A stretch of 43,299 nucleotides of DNA. Source: Candidatus Heimdallarchaeota archaeon. Lineage in GTDB: Archaea > Asgardarchaeota > Heimdallarchaeia > Heimdallarchaeales > Heimdallarchaeaceae. The notes beneath the pieces are model-generated. The model saw nothing but the letters and a program-made list of their open reading frames with translations, was not told where the DNA came from and made no database searches. Made by a program: the position numbers and the translations under genes. The stretch spans positions 1 to 43,299 of the forward strand of contig DAOVET010000013.1 in NCBI GenBank assembly GCA_030668825.1. The letters run 5' to 3'. The first letter of the stretch is position 1. Each line of letters begins with the position of its first letter. This document shows positions 27,944-38,138 of the stretch, piece after piece.

Positions 27944-28768
27944 ATGACAAAAAAGAAGACTAATCATACTGTCAGAAAATTCTCAGTAGCTCGAAGAATT
28001 TTAGCTGATTTCAATGATGTTGCAGCTAAATTCCCTAGAATTCAAGGATTAGTTGAAGTTGATGTAACAGATGCTAGAAAAAGGATTAATCAGATCAAAG
28101 AAAAAGATGATTACAAAGTCTCCTTTACTGCTTGGGTAGCTAAGTGCATTAGTAAAGCAGTTAAAGAAAATCCTAAACTCAACTCTTTTAGAAAAGGTGG
28201 GAGGAAAATAATTGTTTTTGACAATGTAGACATTAGCGTTATGGTGGAAGTCACAACCAAATCAGGAAAATATGTTCCCTTCAATCATGTAGTTCGAAAG
28301 GTTGAAACAAAGAGTGTGAAAGAAATAACCGATGAAATAAGAGCTATTCAAAACAAGAAAATAGAGGATAAAGAACAGTTGACAAGAGATTCTTCAAAAT
28401 TCTCAGGGTTAATAGTGCTTATTCCTAGATTTGTTAGACAGTTTGCTATGAAAAAACTCCTCAAGAACCCTTTCTATGTTCAAAAATTAATAGGTACAGT
28501 AGGTATAACTTCTTTGGGAATGTTCGCTAAAAATATAACTGGATGGGCTGTCCCTTTTCCAGATAGAACATGCAATGTTGCTCTTGGAGGGATGAAAAAA
28601 ATAGCATGCGACATAGATGGGAAATTGCTAAGTAGAGAAATACTATGTGTAACATATCTGGTAGATCATAACCTTGTAGATGGAGCTCCAATAGCTAGGT
28701 TTATCTCAAGAGCTGGAGAATTGATGTCAGAAGCATATTGCCTCGAAGATATAACTAAAGCTGATTAA
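27944..28768 (+). CDS. Stand-alone 2-oxoacid dehydrogenase E2-like acyltransferase catalytic domain
   Basis: VEVDVT, P.LNS, GTVGITSLG, DHNLVDGA (H-x3-DG); no lipoyl domain. Confidence 0.85.
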   Translation: MTKKKTNHTVRKFSVARRILADFNDVAAKFPRIQGLVEVDVTDARKRINQIKEKDDYKVSFTAWVAKCISKAVKENPKLNSFRKGGRKIIVFDNVDISVMVEVTTKSGKYVPFNHVVRKVETKSVKEITDEIRAIQNKKIEDKEQLTRDSSKFSGLIVLIPRFVRQFAMKKLLKNPFYVQKLIGTVGITSLGMFAKNITGWAVPFPDRTCNVALGGMKKIACDIDGKLLSREILCVTYLVDHNLVDGAPIARFISRAGELMSEAYCLEDITKAD

Positions 28769-28792
28769 ATAAAAAAGAAAGAAAGAGAAAAT

Positions 28793-30505
28793 CTATTTCT
28801 GCTTTCTTCGGTTTATTATAACAATTGCAGTCCCTAAAATAAAGACTCCTAGAATTGTTGGACCTATACTTAATCCAACAGCTGAACCTTTTTCTAGAGT
28901 AAAATGGTAGTATCCTGTATAATCATTTCCCAGTTTAATCTCATAGACTTCTTCTCCAAGATCATAAGGTAAAGTTAAGATAAATGAAAGAAGTTTATTG
29001 CTATTAGCATCAATACTAAAGGAACTTGTTAGCAATGTTCCATCTTTAGTATAGAGGTCAATAGTATCCATGGTTTTAATTCGAGGGCTTAAGTTAGTTA
29101 CATTAAAGGAAAGCTCTACTTCGTCATCTAATTTGTACCCACCAGAAAGAACTTCAGGGATAATGGCTAATCTAGGTGTATTATCAAGCAAGTAATCAAA
29201 ACCAGGAAGAACATCAAACCAAAGAGCATTAATGTACTGTGGGTAAGGGTTGAAGTAATCATAGATTGATTTCCATTCAAGAATCAAATGAGTGGAGTTT
29301 TCAACAAGAACAGTTTCTGCACTAGGAGCGACAGAGGAATAGTTTCTGTAAAGTTCAAAAGTAATAGGTGCTAAGCAGTCCCTCTCAAAGTACATCCAGG
29401 AATCCCAACTACCCGCTAAAACAGCGGAATCAGCCTTTGGATAATTCTCCTGCCCATATCCAGTATAAATTTCTGTGAACGAAGGAGGGAGAATCCTAGT
29501 ATAATCTTGCACCATATTCCAGTATAAAGTAGGTTCAGCCCAACCATATGGATCATCTACGAAAAATGTTGCATTAATTCCTGAATGCAAGGAATAAGAC
29601 ATACCAAAACTATGATTTAGAGCAAAATCACGAAAGGCTCGGGTTTCGGGCTCAGAGAAGGGTGCGTGCCCCGGAAATACTTGAGACATAGTATCTGGGC
29701 TCCATCCGCTACCATCTCTCCAATAAGAATCATAATTGCGGTTAAGATCTGTATAACCAACATCATCCTCGTTAATTTTACCATCCAAATCATCATCTAT
29801 TCCTTCATAATAGGTGTAAAGAAATACTGGGTTTGAAGGATTGGTATTATCAAAAACATCGAAAGAAGAGATAATTCCATCACCACTCACATCATCAGCT
29901 CGATCTTCTTCAAAGAATCCATCGTTATCGTCATCAAATGGTCGTAGATTCTTTCTTAACCAATGATTGTCCTAATTAATAACCAGGTCTAATGAATCGA
30001 GATTTAGAGCTGGAATCACGTAAATTTCTTGATAATCTATGAAATCGGTTATGGTTGAATTTTCTTGATAATTGTTAAGCAAATAGAGAATGAATCTCAA
30101 AGCAATTTCAATACTGATCTGTTCTCGACCATGATGGTGCGATACAACCAATGCTTTTGCTTTTTGTTGAGTTCGTAGCTCATTTGTTATTCGTAAAGAG
30201 ACTATATCTTTTCCAAGGTATGTTTGACCAAATACTTCTAAATCTACCAATTCCGGTACTGTATCATGAATATAAGCTATTTCTTCATAAACTTCAGAGG
30301 AATTGTGAAAGTGATTATCATAAAGCAGAGCCAAATCTTCCCAAGTTCTATCAAAATTAGAAAGGGGAGAAGCTGTAATTGAGACTGAAATCCTTGCAGA
30401 GCTTATTTGAGGAGAAACACCAAGCAAAAGAATTAAACAAAACATAACTGCAACCGTTATCTGAGAGTAAAATCTTCTAAAAATCATGATTGTACAAAAC
30501 CTCAA
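28793..30505 (-). pseudogene. Membrane-anchored M14 zinc carboxypeptidase interrupted by one in-frame TAG (29972-29974)
   Basis: HHGRE, then *DNHWLRKN in the same frame, DLNRNY, SEPET, LHSG, FEL. Signal peptide and C-terminal TM + RRKQK. Confidence 0.85.
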
Positions 30506-30607
30506 ACACTTATATATTTTTAATCTTCCAGTTTCATTGTGTCAGCAGAAATATTCCTCTTCTTTTTTTTGAGTAAGATTTAAATAAATTCATTCCATTC
30601 CCCCTCT

Positions 30608-31003
30608 ATGTCAAGTGTTAGATCATCGTACTTCAGACGACTTATTTATGCAGCTCCAGGTTTGATCATTATAGGTGGAATTATCATGATTTTTGATGTA
30701 GAATATGGAGGAGCTGTATTGGGAGCAGGAGTGGTTGGTTTAATAATAGGAATTATAACTGTAGTTAGATCACGCCAAGCAAACCAAAGACAAGCTCAAG
30801 GATACAGTCCTGTGGTGCAACAAGCGGAAACTTACCAAAGTACAGCTCAACAACCACTTCACCAACCAGTTCAACAAGAACCTCAAAATCAACCGGTTGA
30901 ACAACATACAACATCTGAACCAAAACCAAAATTTTGCACAAATTGTGGTGGAAAAATAGACGATACTATGACAGCTTGTGCACATTGTGGATCTAATCTT
31001 TAG
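30608..31003 (+). CDS. 2-TM protein with Gln-rich linker and double zinc ribbon
   Basis: FCTNCG...CAHCG. Confidence 0.8.
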   Translation: MSSVRSSYFRRLIYAAPGLIIIGGIIMIFDVEYGGAVLGAGVVGLIIGIITVVRSRQANQRQAQGYSPVVQQAETYQSTAQQPLHQPVQQEPQNQPVEQHTTSEPKPKFCTNCGGKIDDTMTACAHCGSNL

Positions 31004-31128
31004 ATTTTCTTTGATAACTTAAAAAGAGAATCAAGGTATTTTTCCTTTTTCTAGAAGATAGTTGTCTAATTCTAAACAGTAACTATAAATGAATGAAGAA
31101 AGGCTTCAATTCTTAACTCGAATACTTC

Positions 31129-31617
31129 TTATAAAAACAATTCTGGTTCTAGATTCATTAAAAGTTGTTGGATTTTATTCCCCACTCTCACGGCACTTGG
31201 TGGGTCATAGTTTGAAAGAACAATAACAGTATAATGTGGGTACATTGCAAAGTTAGAGTTGATACCTGGTGCTTCACCATCAACATTTATTCTGTATGGT
31301 TGTTTAAAGTCTTCAACGACAAAAATATTATGGTTCTCAGAGTTAAAACGCGGATCATATTGCATTAATTTTCCTGATAGAACTAGATGTGTATAAGTAG
31401 TATTTAGAATCTAAAAGTTTGTAATGCCTTGCTAAAACGTAATAAATCATTCGCTGTTGAATAACCCCCTCCAGCTGCACTCCCTCTTTTGCGCGTCATT
31501 GATCTATTTGATTTCCATACTTTCTCATCATTATTTTTAGTGGATACATTTTAGTAAACCCTGTTGCGAGATTTGGTACAGGATCATCTATGAAATAACT
31601 ATTAGTATTATCCATAT
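31129..31617 (-). pseudogene. 3' remnant of a serine hydrolase (beta-lactamase class C-like)
   Basis: Fragments in different frames: DDPVPNLATGFTK, KRGSAAGGGYSTANDLLRFSKAL, GEAPGINS...YTVIVLSNYDPPSA. The 5' half with SxxK is absent. Confidence 0.75.
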
Positions 31618-31702
31618 TATCAATAGATGAAAGGCGTCTTGAGAAAGTTCCAAAGTTTCTGTGTTACTTTTTGTGTTTAACCTAAAAAAATATAGAAAAA
31701 AT

Positions 31703-31721
31703 AGTTGCTTTATGGTTGCTT
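31703..31721 (+). promoter_or_regulatory. Candidate operator (GTTGC direct repeat, 11-bp period)
   Basis: AGTTGCTTTATGGTTGCTT, 15/19 identical to 32828-32846. Confidence 0.4.
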
Positions 31722-31757
31722 ACAATTATTCAATAATAGCTTGCTGATAATCTATTT

Positions 31758-32825
31758 GTGAGTTATATTACTAGAAACTCTTTTTTACTTGATAAAAAAG
31801 ATGATAACATATTGCATTACAAAAGTAATTACAAAAAATTCGTTTTTTTGGTATTATTTGTGACATTCATGTTTCCATTGCAAATGTGTTCCTGTTATGA
31901 TTCTAATTCAGATTGTTATGATTGTTCAGTTATGGCTCAATACTCTCAAATTATCAAATCTCACCATATAAAAATTGATATCTTAAGTATAGATGAAATA
32001 TATATTACTGAAAGTTTTTATGTTAAACAAGAATACGATTCTTCAATATCCTCGCTGGATTTCTGGTTAAATCATTCTCTTCAATCCCTCAGTTTATTTG
32101 ACGGCAAGGGCGAGTTGAATTTTACTAGAAATGAAGTAACAAATTCTTCGAGTCTTATTTCTGTTGATTTTCGAAATAAACTAGAACAGAATCAAACAAC
32201 TTATTTTTATTTATTTTATAAACTGGATAAAATACCCATTTCGGAAAATGGCGGCTCTTTCTATATTTTCGAATTTGAATCTTCTATTACTTATTTCACT
32301 GAATTTCATGAAATTTCTGTAAAAATTCCAACAAAGAGCTCGATTCATGAGGAAGGAGAGTTAAGATCTTTTTATCCGGATAATGCTACTATAGTCCTAG
32401 ATCCAATAGTCTATGTATCTTGGTCATTTTATTTGCTCAAACCCTTTCAAAATCCTTTCTGCTTTGTTCGTTTTGATAAACCTGCTGGAAATCCGTCTAT
32501 ATTGATATCTATAATTATTCCAATTGTTGGCATGATTTTTGGAATCAGTGGAGCAGTGATATTTATGAGAAGAAAGGGGAGAAAAACGGTAAGAATTCTG
32601 AGTAATACTTTTCTGAATAATACACAGAAAAGAATTATTAATCTAATTTCTGAAAATGATGGAAAAATGCTTCAAAAAGAACTCTGTTCTCAGACAGGTT
32701 TTATAAAGTCTAGAATATCTAGAAATCTTGTTTCTCTGGAAAAAAAAGGGTTTATCAAAAGAGAAAAATGGGGGAGAAACTATTCTATTAAACTAACTAA
32801 AACTGGTTGGAAGGTGGTTGAATGA
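31758..32825 (+). CDS. Membrane-anchored winged-HTH protein (extracellular domain, TM, MarR-like wHTH; COG2512-like)
   Basis: N-terminal hydrophobic segment, TM near residue 255, then QKEL...TGF.KSRISR.L.SLEKKG.I.REKWGR. Confidence 0.8.
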   Translation: MSYITRNSFLLDKKDDNILHYKSNYKKFVFLVLFVTFMFPLQMCSCYDSNSDCYDCSVMAQYSQIIKSHHIKIDILSIDEIYITESFYVKQEYDSSISSLDFWLNHSLQSLSLFDGKGELNFTRNEVTNSSSLISVDFRNKLEQNQTTYFYLFYKLDKIPISENGGSFYIFEFESSITYFTEFHEISVKIPTKSSIHEEGELRSFYPDNATIVLDPIVYVSWSFYLLKPFQNPFCFVRFDKPAGNPSILISIIIPIVGMIFGISGAVIFMRRKGRKTVRILSNTFLNNTQKRIINLISENDGKMLQKELCSQTGFIKSRISRNLVSLEKKGFIKREKWGRNYSIKLTKTGWKVVE

Positions 32826-32827
32826 GA

Positions 32828-32846
32828 AGTTGCATTAAAGTTCCTT
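32828..32846 (+). promoter_or_regulatory. Candidate operator, second copy
   Basis: AGTTGCATTAAAGTTCCTT upstream of the beta-helix gene. Confidence 0.4.
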
Positions 32847-32915
32847 CTATGTTGAGAAAAAGTTCTTACCAAATTATCAATAATAATAACTTCTTAAGTA
32901 TAAGTAGGTGGTATA

Positions 32916-35024
32916 ATGAATTTCACTAAAAAAAATCTGATTACATTAATCGTTGGAGCACTAATTGTTTCCACAGTTATTATAACTGTACCAATTGCTG
33001 TTCATTTAAGAAATATAAAAAACAAAGATATATTAATAGAACATGATCCAATACTAATTTGGAAAGATGATGATTTCAATCAATACAAATTTCCTGGAGA
33101 AGGAACTGAAAACAAGCCTTACATCATTGAAAATTATAATATTACAACTTCTTTTCCGTATTGTGTTACCATTTGGAATACTACTAAACACGTCATTATT
33201 CGCAACTGCTTTTTTCATTCAGTTGTATACTCGATTTACATCAATGATGTTTCTAATAACACAGTAACAATTATTGGAAACAATTTCACAGATGTAAGTT
33301 CTAACTTTGATATTCATGTTGTTAATAGTCCTGGTTCTAAAATTGTTGACAATAAGCTATTTGATATTTTCTTGTTCAATTCTGAATACTCTACAATCAT
33401 TGGCAATTCTGGTTTCGCAGATAAATCGCGTTTCAGTATAGTTAATTCAGGGTATTCTTTGATTGAGAATAACACGTTTACAAGTTGTCGTTTATATATA
33501 CGATATTCAAGTAATACTATTATAAAAAACAATACATTTCTATATGGTAATGTATATTTCGATGGTAATGCATATTTTGGAAATATCGACTTAGAAAAAT
33601 CAAGCAATTGCATCATAATGGATAATACTCTATATGGAGGATCAAATTGGGGAATTGGTCAAAAAGGCATATCTATCTCAAAATCAAGAAACACTATTGT
33701 TGTTAACAATACCGGATATGATATGCGCGTTTTCATATTGCTTGAAGAATCAGAGTGGTCTTCAATTAAAGATAATACGTACTATGGTGAAAATGTGAAA
33801 TCGATTATTAGTTTAACAAACTCAAACAGTTCTCAAATTAGATCCAACACTCTCTTTAATTGTAATTTTCAAATATATGATACTACTATAGAAAATTATC
33901 TTTCTAATACCATTGAAAACAACTTTGTAAACAGTAAACCTTTTGTTTTTCTAACCAACCTTATTTATACAACATTTTCTTCTTTTGATTACGGTCAAGC
34001 TCTCTTTGTCAACTGCTCAAATATAAAAATAAGTAATATAATTGTTGAAAATTCTTCTCCTGGAATTTCTTTCTGCTTATGTGATAATGTAACTGTGGAA
34101 AACAGTATATTCTCAAATAGTGGAATCTGGTCCTACTTATCATCAAATATTTTGATTGTTAATAATACCTTCTTCGACAATTTTTTCGGTATATTTCTAG
34201 AAAAATCAAGAGATCCTAAAATTAGTAACAATGTTTTCCATAACAATGAAAAAGGAATCTATCTAATTGATACTTCGAATTCTATTATATTGAATAATAC
34301 TTGCAGTAGCAATAGAGAACAAGGGATATTTTTAGATAATTCCTGTAACTCTACAATTGTAGATAATAATTGTACCAACAATGACGGTACTGGTATCATT
34401 TTGATTGAATCCTCTAACTCTACAATAGCTAATAACACGTGCAACAACAATAGTCGTGGAATCCACTGTTTCAGTAGCGATTCTAATCTCATTAATAATA
34501 CCTGTAATCATAACAGAGGTATTGGTATCCTTCACTTAGGTAAAAATTCTATCCTAACTAATAATACTTGTACAAACAATGGAGATGATGGTATCTATTG
34601 TTATGGTGATGACTCAATCCTTGCTAATAATTCCTGTAACTATAATGGAGATACTGGAATTTTCTATGAAGGAAGTAATTCTACACTAACCAATAATATT
34701 TGTGCAAACAATGAAGATGATGGTATCTTTATGCATAAAGCTTCTTCGTGTGTTGTTTCATATAACCTTCTACAAGATAATGGCCTCTATGGTATTTACA
34801 TGTTTGAAGAATCAAACAATAATATTATACATCACAATGCTTTCATAAATAACAACCCCACAGGATTTTCTCAAGCTTTTGATTCATCAGTAAATAATAC
34901 ATGGTATGATGAAACCTCAGTAGAAGGAAATTTTTGGAGCGATTGGATATCTGGATTTTACTCTATCGATGGCTCTGCTAATGCTTTTGATATTTATCCT
35001 TTATTAGTTAATCCCCTTGATTAG
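32916..35024 (+). CDS. Parallel beta-helix (NosD-like) surface protein with N-terminal anchor
   Basis: HDPI.I..DDDF...FPGEGT..PYIIEN, about 22-aa NNTC..N...GI repeats, GNFWSD...DIYPL; aggtg SD. Confidence 0.88.
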   Translation: MNFTKKNLITLIVGALIVSTVIITVPIAVHLRNIKNKDILIEHDPILIWKDDDFNQYKFPGEGTENKPYIIENYNITTSFPYCVTIWNTTKHVIIRNCFFHSVVYSIYINDVSNNTVTIIGNNFTDVSSNFDIHVVNSPGSKIVDNKLFDIFLFNSEYSTIIGNSGFADKSRFSIVNSGYSLIENNTFTSCRLYIRYSSNTIIKNNTFLYGNVYFDGNAYFGNIDLEKSSNCIIMDNTLYGGSNWGIGQKGISISKSRNTIVVNNTGYDMRVFILLEESEWSSIKDNTYYGENVKSIISLTNSNSSQIRSNTLFNCNFQIYDTTIENYLSNTIENNFVNSKPFVFLTNLIYTTFSSFDYGQALFVNCSNIKISNIIVENSSPGISFCLCDNVTVENSIFSNSGIWSYLSSNILIVNNTFFDNFFGIFLEKSRDPKISNNVFHNNEKGIYLIDTSNSIILNNTCSSNREQGIFLDNSCNSTIVDNNCTNNDGTGIILIESSNSTIANNTCNNNSRGIHCFSSDSNLINNTCNHNRGIGILHLGKNSILTNNTCTNNGDDGIYCYGDDSILANNSCNYNGDTGIFYEGSNSTLTNNICANNEDDGIFMHKASSCVVSYNLLQDNGLYGIYMFEESNNNIIHHNAFINNNPTGFSQAFDSSVNNTWYDETSVEGNFWSDWISGFYSIDGSANAFDIYPLLVNPLD

Positions 35025-35155
35025 ATTCTTTAATGAATCATAGATATCATGCAAGTTACTTACTCACTTCCGATATGGATTTGCCTTCATGACAAATCCA
35101 CTCCCTACCTCTTTCTCTTTAACATACATATAAACAAAGTCTATCCTTTGTATAA

Positions 35156-35334
35156 GATTATGACTCGAGACTGGATAGAAGAGGTTTAACACGAAACCCT
35201 AATGGAGATGGAGTGTATAGTCCAACTGGAATATATGGTGATCCTACCCTTGCAACTAAAGAAAAAGGGAAAACCTTGACAGATGCTTAGTTGAAGAAAT
35301 TATCAACCAAGTTATGAATCTGATTAAACTATGA
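35156..35334 (+). pseudogene. 3' remnant of a creatininase-family gene
   Basis: DYDSRLDRRGLTRNPNGDGVYSPTGIYGDPTLATKEKG, then a frameshift into LVEEIINQVMNLIKL*; no 5' part. Confidence 0.7.
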
Positions 35335-35601
35335 AAAAAATCAATCAGATTTACAACCAATTATATTTTAACAATTTTTTGGTGTTTTCTGTGTTCTGAA
35401 TCAGTAAAAGAAAAGAATCTTGAGATAGATCTAAAGTCTCTGAATTGATATTTGGGTGGACAGTGACAAAATTAGCTGGCGAAACTTTTTTAAAATCAGT
35501 TTGTAAAGTAGGGTTTGTTAAAGACTAACATAGAAAATAATTATTTGATCTTATAACAAAGAATGCTTTAATGATAGAGAATTAAGTACGAAGTGCATAA
35601 A

Positions 35602-36642
35602 ATGAAATATAGGGTCGGGATCCCTCGGGCTTTACTTTATTACAAATACCCTGTCTTATGGACCACTTTTTTTGAAGAACTGGGTGTAGAGGTAGTTATT
35701 TCTCCAGAAACAAATAAAAAAATAAAAGAAGTTTCAATTAGTAGTGCTCCTGATGAAGACTGTTATTCTACAAAACTCTATTTTGGACATGTGCTAGAAC
35801 TAGTTGGTGATGTTGATTACCTGTTTATTCCAAGATTGGGAAGTGATCATAAGTTCAACGTAGGATGTCCAAAATTTATTGCGTTAGCAGAAGTACTCAA
35901 ATCCATGTTTCCCGAACTACCAGAAATAATAATGCCTTTTTTCTCTAAAGCTAAAAACAATCATGGAAAACTCAAGATTCTTAAAATTATTTTTTCAATT
36001 GGTTCCAAATTTACTCATAATCCCCTAAAAATACTAAGAGCTGGAAAGAGAGCTTTTTCAGCTCATCATGATTATAAAAAGAATCTAGTTATTTCAGAAG
36101 AAAAACTGAAAAAATGGGAAAATTCAGAAGTATATCTTAATGATATTCCTGTTCAAGAGCATGAGAAGGGAACTCTAAAAATAGCACTTGTTGGTCATCC
36201 TTACGTTATTAATGATGAATTAGCATCGCTGAATATACGTAAAATATTGGAATTAAATGGTGTAGATATAATAACTTCAGAACAAATGCCTAGATCACTT
36301 ATTGAAAAACAGATGGAAAAACTTGATTATAATATGTACTTCGATAATGAAAGAGAGCTTTTAGGTACTGTAATGCATTTTATTGAGAGTAAAACAATAG
36401 ATGGTATTCTTCATCTAGTAGTCTTTTGTTGTGGTCCTGATTCCCTTATTGGGGAAATGTCTACTCGTTTTTCAAAAAGAGATCCTGAAATTCCCCTTCT
36501 ACAATTAGTACTAGATGAATTAACTTCAGAAGCTGGTATCAACACTAGAATTGAAGCATTTCTCGATATGATAGAAAGGAGAAAATTGAAAATAAGGAGT
36601 GATAAAAATTGCCAATCACATGGCCATATTTTGGTTCAATGA
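35602..36642 (+). CDS. Acyl-CoA dehydratase activase-related protein (DUF2229-like)
   Basis: VGIPRALLYY, EDCYSTK, GCPKF, GHPY, CGPD, DE..SEAG..TRIEAF. Confidence 0.85.
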   Translation: MKYRVGIPRALLYYKYPVLWTTFFEELGVEVVISPETNKKIKEVSISSAPDEDCYSTKLYFGHVLELVGDVDYLFIPRLGSDHKFNVGCPKFIALAEVLKSMFPELPEIIMPFFSKAKNNHGKLKILKIIFSIGSKFTHNPLKILRAGKRAFSAHHDYKKNLVISEEKLKKWENSEVYLNDIPVQEHEKGTLKIALVGHPYVINDELASLNIRKILELNGVDIITSEQMPRSLIEKQMEKLDYNMYFDNERELLGTVMHFIESKTIDGILHLVVFCCGPDSLIGEMSTRFSKRDPEIPLLQLVLDELTSEAGINTRIEAFLDMIERRKLKIRSDKNCQSHGHILVQ

Positions 36643-37700
36643 CGTATGTGAGTGAGATTCTTGCAAGGGAAATTGGAAGAAAAGATATTATGTGTCCAAA
36701 AACACCCAATAAAAGAACATTTGAAATAGGTGCAAGACATTCACCTGAGTTTGTATGTACTCCTTTTAAAATCACTCTTGGAACATTTATTGAAATGCTT
36801 GATGAGGGGGCAGATGAAATTGTTACAGGAGGGTGTCATTCTTGGTGCAGATTTGGGTATTACTGGCCTGTTCAGAAATTGATTCTTGAAGATTTAGGAT
36901 ATGATTTTAAATTCATTCCTTTGGATTATCTAAAACCGTCTAATTTTCTTAAGACTTTAAAAGATGATGTTAGTGTTGGTTGTAGTTTATGGCAAGTGTT
37001 GAAAGCTTTCAGAGTTGCATGGATAAAGGGTCGATTTATAGACCTTATAGATGAATTGCACTACAGATATCGAGCTATTGAACTTGAAAAAGGGATTTCA
37101 GATAAAATAGCTCTTAAATCGTTTCGAATGGTGGTAGACGCAGAAAATTTAAGAGAAGTTCGAAAATTGAAAAAGAGAATACCAGAGCTATTCGAAAATA
37201 ACGTAGAAGTTGACAAAACTGCTAACCCCTTGAAGATTGTTATTTGCGGTGAATTATATGTTGTTTTCGAGCAAACATTAAACTTAGATATACATAGAAG
37301 GCTAAATGACATGGGAATTATAGTGAAAAATTCCGTCACAGTATCCAGTTATTTAGATGCAGGACACAAAGCCAATCCATTTATTACAATGCACTATGAG
37401 AAAGCTAGAAAAGCTGCAAAACCATATTTAGAAAACCGTTGTGGTGGAGAAACATTAGAAAATATAGGTGACATTATTCTCTATAAGAAGAAAGGTTGGG
37501 ATGGAGTAGTTCATCTATATCCCTTTTCATGCATGCCTGAAATTATTACAAGAAGTTTTATCCCTCAAATAAGTCGAGACCACAATATTCCTGTTATATC
37601 ATTTGTATTGGATGAACATACAGGTGAAACAGGTTTCCAAACAAGAATTGAAGCTTTTGTAGATTTATTGGAAAGAAGAAAAGAAAAAAATTTGATTTAA
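36609..37700 (+). CDS. Partner CoA-activase/2-hydroxyacyl-CoA dehydratase-related subunit
   Basis: SPEFVCTPFK, CRFGYY, GELYV, PFSCMPE, DEHTGETGFQTRIEAF; TTG start with aggagtga upstream. Confidence 0.85.
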   Translation: MPITWPYFGSMTYVSEILAREIGRKDIMCPKTPNKRTFEIGARHSPEFVCTPFKITLGTFIEMLDEGADEIVTGGCHSWCRFGYYWPVQKLILEDLGYDFKFIPLDYLKPSNFLKTLKDDVSVGCSLWQVLKAFRVAWIKGRFIDLIDELHYRYRAIELEKGISDKIALKSFRMVVDAENLREVRKLKKRIPELFENNVEVDKTANPLKIVICGELYVVFEQTLNLDIHRRLNDMGIIVKNSVTVSSYLDAGHKANPFITMHYEKARKAAKPYLENRCGGETLENIGDIILYKKKGWDGVVHLYPFSCMPEIITRSFIPQISRDHNIPVISFVLDEHTGETGFQTRIEAFVDLLERRKEKNLI

Positions 37701-37706
37701 GTACTT

Positions 37707-38114
37707 TCATGTAAGTTTTGTTCCAGCAAATCTATCTTTATTCTTTCCACAACTGCTACAAACGGTTTCAGATGGTTCCATCCTAGCTTCACAGTATTCA
37801 CAGAAAATCGCTTCCTTAGATGCCTGAGCTTTAGATGGATCATAGGGCTTATACTCAATGTCTTGATCATAAGGTCGATGTTTCTTAGCTAAAACAAAAT
37901 CATTTCTTTCTTTTTGTCTTATCCTAACAAAAACAACCCACATTATAGTAACTATTAACATAACACCAATAGCAGATGGTACCACGACTAAAACAGGATC
38001 TGCAAAATCCAAAAAGGCTAGAATTACAACTACTCCACCAAGTATGATTGAAATCAATGAGAGAATAATATATGTTTTCTTAGCTCTAGGTTCCATTACA
38101 ATTATTATGCTCAC
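37707..38114 (-). CDS. 2-TM protein with double zinc ribbon
   Basis: FCEYCE...CSSCG. Confidence 0.75.
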   Translation of the reverse strand: MSIIIVMEPRAKKTYIILSLISIILGGVVVILAFLDFADPVLVVVPSAIGVMLIVTIMWVVFVRIRQKERNDFVLAKKHRPYDQDIEYKPYDPSKAQASKEAIFCEYCEARMEPSETVCSSCGKNKDRFAGTKLT

Positions 38115-38138
38115 AAACGATACTTAAATTTTATTAAA

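Noticed and set aside
32862-32875. tcttacca as another family A copy
   Set aside because: Only an 8-nt match with no right arm; expected by chance in AT-rich DNA.
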